From the NCBI GenBank assembly GCA_963743175.1, contig CAVUOQ010000003.1:167680-231679 (forward strand): a stretch of 64,000 bases of DNA, read 5' to 3'. Positions 49,542 through 57,086 of this stretch are shown piece by piece. The stretch's first letter is position 1. Every line of letters begins with the position of its first letter. Source of the stretch: an uncultured delta proteobacterium. Lineage in GTDB: Bacteria; Desulfobacterota; Syntrophia; Syntrophales; Fen-1087. A program made the translations under genes and the position numbers. Below the pieces are notes generated by a model, which made no database searches, had not been told where the DNA came from, and saw only the letters and a program-made list of their open reading frames with translations.

Positions 49542-49580
49542 GGTATGCGTATATTTTGCATACCAAATATATCTTGTCAA
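49542..49580 (-). promoter_or_regulatory. putative marR-operon promoter (TTGACA -35) with overlapping palindrome GGTATGC-N9-GCATACC (candidate MarR operator)
   Basis: Minus strand TTGACA at 49580-49575, -10-like CAAAAT about 16 nt downstream, and a perfect 7-bp inverted repeat at 49542-49548/49558-49564. Confidence 0.4.
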
Positions 49581-49610
49581 GAATTTTATTGATGGTTTGG
49601 AGATGAGAGA

Positions 49611-49764
49611 CCTTTGAGAAATGGATTCGCCGCGTCTCAAAAATCTTTTCCGCTAAGAGGATAACCAGACGTAATCATGATTCATGATAAGCCGTTAACG
49701 TCATCTCTGGAAAGGCGGAAAATATTTGATTCGCCGCTCGCGAACCATTTCTCAGCGGTTATGC
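49611..49764 (-). repeat. family-B interspersed repeat, copy 3 (inverted relative to copies 1-2)
   Basis: CCTTTGAGAAATGGATTCGCCGCG...GATTCGCCGCTCGCGAACCATTTCTCAGCGGTTATGC. Confidence 0.85.
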
Positions 49765-49786
49765 AAAACTTTCAACGAATGTTGTC

Positions 49787-50401
49787 TTAATCAGATGAGA
49801 CTGGCTTGATTTCCACGTGTGTTTTTGAGAGTTTCTTGAACGTTGTGGCGTCTGCGAGCGTGCCGACAAAATCACCGCAATGGATCGGGATGACGGCTTT
49901 CGGTTGGACCATATTGACGGCTTCAGCTGCTTCTCTTGCCGTCATGGTATAGGTTCCCCCAACCGGCAGAATCCAGATATCCGCCTTGATTGTCTTCATC
50001 TCGGGAATGAAATCGGTGTCCCCGGCATAGTAGATCGTTGTGCCTTCCACCGTCAGGAGAAAGCCGATCCATTGATTGGCCTTCGGATGATAAGGCTTGT
50101 CGATATTATAGGCCGGAACGGCTTCAACGGTTACCCCCTGGACCGTTACTTTATCGCCGGGTTGGAGCGCCCGCACATCTCCGGAGAGTTGCGCCGCGGC
50201 GTCGAGAGCCGCGACAATGACTGTGTCTTCTTTCCGGATTTTCCTGATATCGGCGGGCGACAGATGGTCGTGATGGCTGTGGCTGATCAGAATCAGATCG
50301 GCCTTCGGGCCGCCCTTGATCTTCCAGGGGTCTATGTAAATGATTTTCTGCGCATCAATTCTGATGCTCGCATGGCCGAGCCACTTAATTTTAGCCAGCA
50401 T
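49787..50401 (-). CDS. MBL-fold metallo-hydrolase
   Basis: LGHASIRI.., HSHHDH metal motif, 204 aa. Confidence 0.8.
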   Translation of the reverse strand: MLAKIKWLGHASIRIDAQKIIYIDPWKIKGGPKADLILISHSHHDHLSPADIRKIRKEDTVIVAALDAAAQLSGDVRALQPGDKVTVQGVTVEAVPAYNIDKPYHPKANQWIGFLLTVEGTTIYYAGDTDFIPEMKTIKADIWILPVGGTYTMTAREAAEAVNMVQPKAVIPIHCGDFVGTLADATTFKKLSKTHVEIKPVSSD

Positions 50402-50420
50402 CCGGCAACCCTCCTGTTAA

Positions 50421-50584
50421 ATTCACATAAAATCAAGAAATGAGCCGAATACGACGGCTTCGTAAAAAGCTCCGCAGGCAAGGCACGCAAGCCCCCTCCC
50501 CGAGGAAAGCGGCATACCTGGCAGTATGCCGCTTTGACGAAGGATGCAGCGCAACGAAGCATCCGGACTTTTTACGAGGCCATC
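50421..50584 (+). repeat. family-A repeat, copy 4 (most divergent; no clear TSD)
   Basis: GACGGCTTCGTAAAAAG...GCGGCATAC-ctggca-GTATGCCGC...CTTTTTACGAGGCCATC. Its terminal GA completes the pit TGA. Confidence 0.85.
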
Positions 50585-51581
50585 AAAAAATGATCTCCAG
50601 GCCGATATAGATAATGGCTGACATAAGCGCAGACAAAGGAATCGTCAGCACCCATGCCCAGATGATGGTTCCGGCCACGCCCCAGCGAACGGCGGTCCAC
50701 CGTTTCGTGGCGCCCACCCCCACGATGGCTCCCGTGATCGTATGGGTCGTACTCACGGGAATACCGGCCAGGGATGCCCCGATAATGGCGATCGCCGCTG
50801 CCCCTTCTGCACAGAATCCTCCCATGGGCTGAAGTTTCGTGATCTTGGTCCCCATCGTCTTGACGATGCGCCACCCGCCGGCCATGGTTCCCAATGCAAT
50901 CATCGTGTAGCAGCTAATCACAACCCAAATGGGGATATGGAAAGTGTTTCCGATGAGTCCCTTGCTGTAAAGAATCAGGGCAATGATCCCCATGGTCTTC
51001 TGGGCATCGTTCATGCCGTGTCCCAAACTGTAAACGGCAGCGGAGAGGAGTTGCATCTTCTTGAATACCCTTTGAGACTTGGCCACATTCGAGTGTTTGC
51101 TCAGATTCAAAACCAGGATCATCAACGCCAGACCGAGGATCATGCCGATTGTTGGCGACAAAATGATAAAGACAGTCGTTTTGGTAATCCCACCCCAGAC
51201 CAGGACCTGCGTTCCCCCCTTCATGACCCCGGCGCCGATTAGGCCGCCGATCAGGGCATGGGATGAACTGCTGGGTAGGCCCAGCCACCAGGTGATGAGA
51301 TTCCAGATGATTGCGCCGCCCAACGTGGCCAGGATCAGAAAATTATCTACGATATCCGGGTGAATGATGCCCGTACCGACGGTCTTGGCAACATGGACGC
51401 CCACAAAGAAAACAGCCGCAAAATTGAAGAAAGCGGCCCAAAGGACCGCCTGCCTGGGAGAGAGGACACGGGTGGAAACAATGGTGGATATCGAGTTTGC
51501 CGAATCGTGAAACCCATTGATGTAATCGAAAACCAGGGCCACCAGGACCAGGAAAACGACAAATGCAAAAGAATCAACCAT
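50583..51581 (-). CDS. pit: inorganic phosphate transporter, PiT family
   Basis: ..NGFHDSANSI.., ..GLPSSSSHALIGG.., ..GIPVSTTHT..G...G; 332 aa. Confidence 0.9.
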   Translation of the reverse strand: MVDSFAFVVFLVLVALVFDYINGFHDSANSISTIVSTRVLSPRQAVLWAAFFNFAAVFFVGVHVAKTVGTGIIHPDIVDNFLILATLGGAIIWNLITWWLGLPSSSSHALIGGLIGAGVMKGGTQVLVWGGITKTTVFIILSPTIGMILGLALMILVLNLSKHSNVAKSQRVFKKMQLLSAAVYSLGHGMNDAQKTMGIIALILYSKGLIGNTFHIPIWVVISCYTMIALGTMAGGWRIVKTMGTKITKLQPMGGFCAEGAAAIAIIGASLAGIPVSTTHTITGAIVGVGATKRWTAVRWGVAGTIIWAWVLTIPLSALMSAIIYIGLEIIF

Positions 51582-52203
51582 TTTTCAGGACGATGCCCTC
51601 TACAATGTTCGAAACATCCTCGCAAATGTCCAAGGCTTCTTCAAACCGTTCGAAGATTTCCTTCCATTTAATCAATTCAAAGGGATCCGTTTCATGTTCG
51701 AACAGTTTGGCCATCGTCATTCGCAAAACCTGATCGCCGTCGTTTTCCAGGGTATTGATCTCCACGCAGGCATCCAGAATCATCTTGGCATTTTTCATGT
51801 CTCTGAGCCCGCATACAATCATCTTCACTTTTGCCGTGGCCTCGTTTAAAATCCTGGCCTGCTGAAACAGTTCTTCTTTCGGCGCTTTGATTTTATACAG
51901 GGACATCCGGATGGCGGCGGCCTCCGTCATATCCAGGATACTGTCCATCTTGTTGACCAGGGCATAAATATCTTCGCGATCGATCGGCGTCAGAAAGGTG
52001 GTATGCATCTTCTCGTAGGTGCGATGGGTGATGACGTCTGCCTCGTGTTCGATTTCCTTGAGTTTGGCCAGGCGTGATTCAAAAGAATCGTAATGGAGAA
52101 GCATATCCAGAAAAAGTTTGCCCCCCTCATCGATCTTGTCCGCCAGTTCTTCAAAAAGGTCAAAAAACTTTTCTTCTCTGGGAATGAATCGCATCAGAAC
52201 CAT
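51574..52203 (-). CDS. DUF47 / PhoU-like Pit accessory protein
   Basis: ..REEKFFDLF.E.A......G...L......................I...E.EAD... pattern; overlaps the pit start by 8 nt. Confidence 0.8.
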   Translation of the reverse strand: MVLMRFIPREEKFFDLFEELADKIDEGGKLFLDMLLHYDSFESRLAKLKEIEHEADVITHRTYEKMHTTFLTPIDREDIYALVNKMDSILDMTEAAAIRMSLYKIKAPKEELFQQARILNEATAKVKMIVCGLRDMKNAKMILDACVEINTLENDGDQVLRMTMAKLFEHETDPFELIKWKEIFERFEEALDICEDVSNIVEGIVLKNG

Positions 52204-52411
52204 CCTCCAATAAAACGTCTACATTGAAGCGGGGTTTTGCCATCCCTTTCAAGGGATGGCAAAATCTTTGCGCGCCCTCTATCGGATTATTATGAAAATT
52301 GCAACAGGTTTTCATCCTGTCGTCAATATTGTCCCTATAATCAGCACGTAACAGTCTGTGCGCGTCGTGAACAGCTGCCCGGTCTGGTTTATTGTCTGCC
52401 CCGGTGTAAAA

Positions 52412-53464
52412 TCAAGCGATGGTCACATCCTTACAGCGGTAAACATCCTGGACGGCGTTCAGAATTTCGACGCCTTCCGCCATAGGCCTCTGAAATGCCT
52501 TGCGGCCGGTAATCAGCCCCATGCCTCCGGCCCGCTTGTTAATGACCGCCGTGCGGACCGCCTCCGCCAGGTCGTTTGCCCCTTCCGACGCCCCGCCCGA
52601 ATTGATCAAGCCGGTGCGGCCCATGTAACAGTTCATCACCTGATAGCGGGTCAGATCGATGGGGTGCGCGGTGGTCAACTCCGTATAGACTTTCGGATTC
52701 GTCTTGCTGAACTTGACGGACGTGAAGCCGCCGTTGCAATCGGGCTGCTTCTGCTTGACAATATCGGCCTGAATCGTCACGGCCAGGTGATTGGCCTGTC
52801 CGGTCAGGTCGGCGGATGTATGGTAATCGACACCGTCTTTTTTGAAAGCGTTGTTGCGCAGGTATGCCCAGAGGATCGTCACCATCCCCAGGTCGTGCGC
52901 CATTTCAAAGGCCTCCGTGATTTCCTGGATCTGCCGGCTGCTTCCCTCCGATCCGTAGTAAATCGTGGCCCCGATCGCGACCGCGCCCATATCAAAGGCC
53001 TGCTTGACGCTGGCGAAAAGAATCTGGTCGTGCCGTTCGGGATAAACCAGCAGGTCATTGTGATTGATTTTGACGATGAAAGGGATCCGGTGCGCATATT
53101 TTCTGGCCACCATGCCGAGAGCCCCCAGCGTGGATGCCACGCCGCTGCATCCGCCTTCCACGGCAAGTTTCACGATGTTTTCCGGATCGAAATAGATGGG
53201 ATTCGGCGCAAAAGACGCCGCGGCGCTGTGTTCGATTCCCTGATCCACCGGCAGAATGGACAGGTAGCCCGTACCCGCCAGGCGACCGTGATCAAACAGG
53301 ATCTGCATGTTGCGCAAAACCTGGATAGGCCGGTCCGAGGGCGCCATGATCCGTTCGATAAAATCCGGCCCCGGAAGATGAAGTTGATTACGGGGAAAGA
53401 TACATTTGTGCTGCAGCAACGCCTCCGCGTCCTTTCCCAAAAGGGTTCTGATCTTATTCAGCAT
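52412..53464 (-). CDS. fbaB: class I fructose-bisphosphate aldolase (FbaB/DhnA type)
   Basis: Collinear with remembered E. coli FbaB over 350 aa: LLGKDA..LLQH.C, LRNMQ.L...[72 protein letters not shown]. Confidence 0.9.
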   Translation of the reverse strand: MLNKIRTLLGKDAEALLQHKCIFPRNQLHLPGPDFIERIMAPSDRPIQVLRNMQILFDHGRLAGTGYLSILPVDQGIEHSAAASFAPNPIYFDPENIVKLAVEGGCSGVASTLGALGMVARKYAHRIPFIVKINHNDLLVYPERHDQILFASVKQAFDMGAVAIGATIYYGSEGSSRQIQEITEAFEMAHDLGMVTILWAYLRNNAFKKDGVDYHTSADLTGQANHLAVTIQADIVKQKQPDCNGGFTSVKFSKTNPKVYTELTTAHPIDLTRYQVMNCYMGRTGLINSGGASEGANDLAEAVRTAVINKRAGGMGLITGRKAFQRPMAEGVEILNAVQDVYRCKDVTIA

Positions 53465-53700
53465 AGCCGATACACTCCTCTCTGTTCATTTTTATTAAAA
53501 ACCGGTCAGGGGCGGCCGAAAACGGCGTCATCTTAAACTTCTTTGGCTTTCTGTTCAACTTTTTTTATTGACAACACACACGGCATAATTGATTGACTTT
53601 TTCTCCATTGTTCATGTACGCTGCACGTGGAAACGGAAGGACCTTCAAAAGATATCAGACGCTCAACAGGATGTCAGGGTTATAAAAGGAGGGTGTATTT

Positions 53701-55095
53701 ATGAAAGGAAAAACTGTCAAGAAGAGTGATACGGGCAGGAGCGGCAAAAAAGTGATAAAGAAAATAAATTTGCATGAAAGCCCCCACGAATCGGAGCATC
53801 TGCTGCAAAGCATCGTTCAGGGCTTCTCCATCCCCGCTTTTGTGATCGGAAGGGACCACAAGGTGATCTACTGGAACAGGGCACTGGAGCAACTGAGCAA
53901 AATCCCGATGAGTGAGGTGGTGGGCACCAACAAGCAATGGCGGGCCTTCTATGCCGAGGCAAGACCCTGCATGGCGGATCTTCTGATCGATGGGGCTTCA
54001 GAGCGGATTCCAAAATGGTATGAAGGGAAATACACCAAATCCGATCTGCTGGAAGAGGCCTATGAGGCGACGGATTTTTTCCCTGATCTCGGGGAGGGCG
54101 GCAAATGGCTTCGCTTTACGGCTGCGGCCGTCAGGGATTCAGGAGGCAAGATCATAGGCGCCGTTGAGACACTGGAAGACATCACGGAACACAAACGTGC
54201 CGAAGAGTCGCGACGGGAAAGCGAGCAGCGGCTATACAGCGTCATAGAGGGATCGCCCTTTCCGACATTTGTCATCGGACTCGATCACAAGGTGATTTAC
54301 TGGAACCGTGCCCTGGAAGAATTAAGCAGAATTCCGGCGGAAGAGGTGATCGGAACCCGTCAGCACTGGCGCGCTTTTTATGCCAACGAACGGCCCTGCA
54401 TGGCTGATCTTCTCGTGGATCAATCCCTCGAAACCATCCCGGAATGGTACAGGGGCGTTTCTAAATCAAAGCTTCTTGATGAGACCTTCGAAGCCGAGGG
54501 ATTTTTTCCCGATCTGGGTGAAAAAGGGCGCTGGCTCTGGTTCACCGCAGCGACAATCCGTAGTTCCCAGGGAGCCCTGGTTGGAGCTATCGAGACATTG
54601 GGAGATTTTACCGAGCGCAAATATGCGGAACAAAGGCTGATCGAGAGCGAAAAAAGGCTCAACAGCATTTTTGAGGGGTTTTCCATCCCTGCTTTTGTGA
54701 TCGGGAAGGACCACAAGGTCATTCTCTGGAACCGGGCGCTGGAAAAATTGAGCAAAATACCGGCCGAAGAAATGATCGGGACCAATAAGCACTGGCAGGC
54801 CTTCTACGCAAAAGAGAGGCCCTGTATGGCCGATCTGCTTGTGGACAGCGCCGTAAAGAACATTTCCAGGTGGTATTCGGGAAAATATCGGAAATTCGAT
54901 GTCGCCGAAGATGCCTTCGAAGCAACGGATTTCTTCCCTGAATTGGGGAAAAAAGGGCGCTGGCTTCGTTTTACGGCTGCCGTCATCCGGGATAGCCAGG
55001 GAGAACTCGTTGGGGCCGTTGAGACCCTCGAAGACATCACGGATCAAAAATCGGCTGAGGCCGAACTGAAGGGAAGTGCGCTGAAGAAATATTAA
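53701..55095 (+). CDS. stand-alone protein made of three tandem PAS-like modules (no output domain)
   Basis: Three about 142-aa repeats, each ..G(F/S)(S/P)(I/F)P(A/T)FVIG.DHKVI.WNRALE.LS.IP.(E)E(V/M)(V/I)GT..(Q/H)W.AFYA.(E/A)RPCMADLL(V/I)D....I..WY.G......L.E..(Y/F)EA..FFP.LG..G.WL.FTAA..R.S.G...GA(V/I)ETL.D(I/F)T..K.AE. Confidence 0.85.
   Translation: MKGKTVKKSDTGRSGKKVIKKINLHESPHESEHLLQSIVQGFSIPAFVIGRDHKVIYWNRALEQLSKIPMSEVVGTNKQWRAFYAEARPCMADLLIDGASERIPKWYEGKYTKSDLLEEAYEATDFFPDLGEGGKWLRFTAAAVRDSGGKIIGAVETLEDITEHKRAEESRRESEQRLYSVIEGSPFPTFVIGLDHKVIYWNRALEELSRIPAEEVIGTRQHWRAFYANERPCMADLLVDQSLETIPEWYRGVSKSKLLDETFEAEGFFPDLGEKGRWLWFTAATIRSSQGALVGAIETLGDFTERKYAEQRLIESEKRLNSIFEGFSIPAFVIGKDHKVILWNRALEKLSKIPAEEMIGTNKHWQAFYAKERPCMADLLVDSAVKNISRWYSGKYRKFDVAEDAFEATDFFPELGKKGRWLRFTAAVIRDSQGELVGAVETLEDITDQKSAEAELKGSALKKY
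53800..55066 (+). repeat. intragenic tandem repeat, 3 x about 426 bp (PAS-like modules)
   Basis: DNA-level similarity is visible, e.g. TTCCATCCCCGCTTTTGTGATCGGAAGGGACCACAAGGTGAT vs TTCCATCCCTGCTTTTGTGATCGGGAAGGACCACAAGGTCAT. Confidence 0.8.
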
Positions 55096-55184
55096 ATTCT
55101 TTTATCACCGTGCGTACGTCCGTTGAGCGGACCTGTTGAACAGGAGCCGAATATTTTAGCGGGAATCAAGGAGGTCAGACCATC

Positions 55185-55700
55185 ATGATGAGATCACACG
55201 CCACAAAATTAATAGAGATAACGGAGAAACATGCGGAAGCCATCGCCCAGCAATGGTATAACAACATCAAAATGAATCCCAAAACGCCATATTATCATAC
55301 AATGCCGGAAAGTAAGGCCATCCAGCAGGCCATGAATTTTTACAGCAAAGTCGGAAAACTGTTCCTCTCAGATAACCCCTTCGAGGACGCGCATATCCTG
55401 TTTGCCAAACTTGCGGAAGACAGCTATATGGCTCGTATCCCTTTGCCCCAGGCCATCTACGCGCTCACGCTCATGAGGCGCCATATGTGGCTCTATGCCG
55501 AATTTCAGGCCACGTTTATGACCGCAGTCGAACACCATCATGCCGCAGAAAGCCTGAACCGTACGATTCTGATGTTTGACTATGCGACGTACGTCCTCGC
55601 TCTGAAATACGATGAACTGCTCCGAAGGGAAATCGAAGAAAAATTCAAATCGTTAAAAATTAAAAGTCCCCTTGGAATCTGGGGAAGTTCTCAAAAATAG
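55185..55700 (+). CDS. hypothetical all-helical protein (171 aa); possibly an RsbR-N/globin-like sensor fold
   Basis: RBS AAGGAGG. ..ITEKHAEAIAQQWYNNIK.., ..IPLPQAIYALTLMRRHMW... The family assignment is from memory only. Confidence 0.45.
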   Translation: MMRSHATKLIEITEKHAEAIAQQWYNNIKMNPKTPYYHTMPESKAIQQAMNFYSKVGKLFLSDNPFEDAHILFAKLAEDSYMARIPLPQAIYALTLMRRHMWLYAEFQATFMTAVEHHHAAESLNRTILMFDYATYVLALKYDELLRREIEEKFKSLKIKSPLGIWGSSQK

Positions 55701-55724
55701 CTGGGATTTCAGGGGCTCTTCCGT

Positions 55725-57086
55725 TCAATGCAGCGTTCCCGCCCAGCGCGGATCATGCCGCATGCGGGCGACTCTGCGCTGGAGCTGGCGGACCGTAATG
55801 CCGAGGACGCGGGCGGCCTCCTTGCGGTCGCCCGGGGTATGGCTCAGAACATAGGCCACATGGTCATCATCATTTTCCTTCAGCGTACATAACTGTCGCA
55901 TGGAATGAGAGGACGGCAGCGGCGGCACACCCAGATGCTGCGGATAGATAAGGTCTGAGTCGGTCAGCAGGACTGCATTTTCCACAATCTGAGACAATTC
56001 GCGGATATTCCCCGGATAATCCCGGCGACACAGAGTATCCATGGCCTCAGGATGAAACCCCCTGATATTTCTATTGTGGCGCTCGGACGCTTTCGACAGG
56101 AAGTGAGACGCCAGCAGGGAGATATCGCCCATCCGCTCCCGCAGGGGAGGCAGGTGGATGTGGACCGATTTCAGACGGTACAGGAGATCCAGCCGGAAGC
56201 TCCCTTCCTGACAGGCGATGTCGATGTTTCTGTTGGAGGCGGAAACGACACGGACATCGACCCGGATCGGCTTGGTCAAACCGAGCGGGAAAAAGGTTTT
56301 TTCTTCCAGCACGCGCAGCAGCTTCGCCTGCAGACCGACCGGCAGCTCCCCGATTTCATCCAGAAACAGAGTCCCTCCGTCCGCCTGCTCAAAATAGCCC
56401 CGATAAGGAGATTCCGCGCCCGTAAAGGCCCCTTTGGCATGACCGAAAAACTGACTTTCAAACATCGTAACCGGAATGGCCGAAACGTTCACGGCAACGA
56501 AAGGTCCTTTCGGCGCGGGGCCTGCCCGGTGAATCCCCCTGGCAACCAGTTCCTTGCCGGTTCCCGATTCGCCGGTAATCATGACAGGATTGCCGCTTCC
56601 GGCCATGACCTGGGCATAGGAAAGCAGAGACAGCATCCGGGGGCACTGGGTCATAATTTCGGAGAAGGCATCCGGTACGTCCAAATGGGCATCCCGGGCT
56701 GAAACCGACAGCCCGATGAGGAGCCCCCGGCGTTCATAAGCACGTTCAATGGCCCGGAAAAGGAGGTCGTTGTCCACCGGTTTGACGAGATAATCATAAG
56801 CGCCCAGCCGGATGGCCTTCACGGTGGTGGGGATGTCGTCGACGGCGGTGAGAATGATAAATTCCGTATGGGGACGGTAAGGTTTTGCGGATTCAAGCAC
56901 CTGTAACCCATCTACATCCGGCATGAGCAGATCGAGAAGAACGATGTCAAATTCGATTTCCCTGATTTTCCGAATGGCGTCCCTGCCATTATCACAGACC
57001 TCCACGTTCCGGATGCCCCGCCATCTCAGGATTCGCCTGACCGAACTTAAAGAGATTTCTTCGTCATCGACGATGAGGATTTTCAT
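55725..57086 (-). CDS. sigma-54-dependent response regulator (NtrC family)
   Basis: MKILIVDDEE..LDLLMPDVDG; GESGTGKE; GAFTGA; YPGNIRELS; C-terminal HTH. ATGA overlap with the upstream kinase. Confidence 0.9.
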   Translation of the reverse strand: MKILIVDDEEISLSSVRRILRWRGIRNVEVCDNGRDAIRKIREIEFDIVLLDLLMPDVDGLQVLESAKPYRPHTEFIILTAVDDIPTTVKAIRLGAYDYLVKPVDNDLLFRAIERAYERRGLLIGLSVSARDAHLDVPDAFSEIMTQCPRMLSLLSYAQVMAGSGNPVMITGESGTGKELVARGIHRAGPAPKGPFVAVNVSAIPVTMFESQFFGHAKGAFTGAESPYRGYFEQADGGTLFLDEIGELPVGLQAKLLRVLEEKTFFPLGLTKPIRVDVRVVSASNRNIDIACQEGSFRLDLLYRLKSVHIHLPPLRERMGDISLLASHFLSKASERHNRNIRGFHPEAMDTLCRRDYPGNIRELSQIVENAVLLTDSDLIYPQHLGVPPLPSSHSMRQLCTLKENDDDHVAYVLSHTPGDRKEAARVLGITVRQLQRRVARMRHDPRWAGTLH

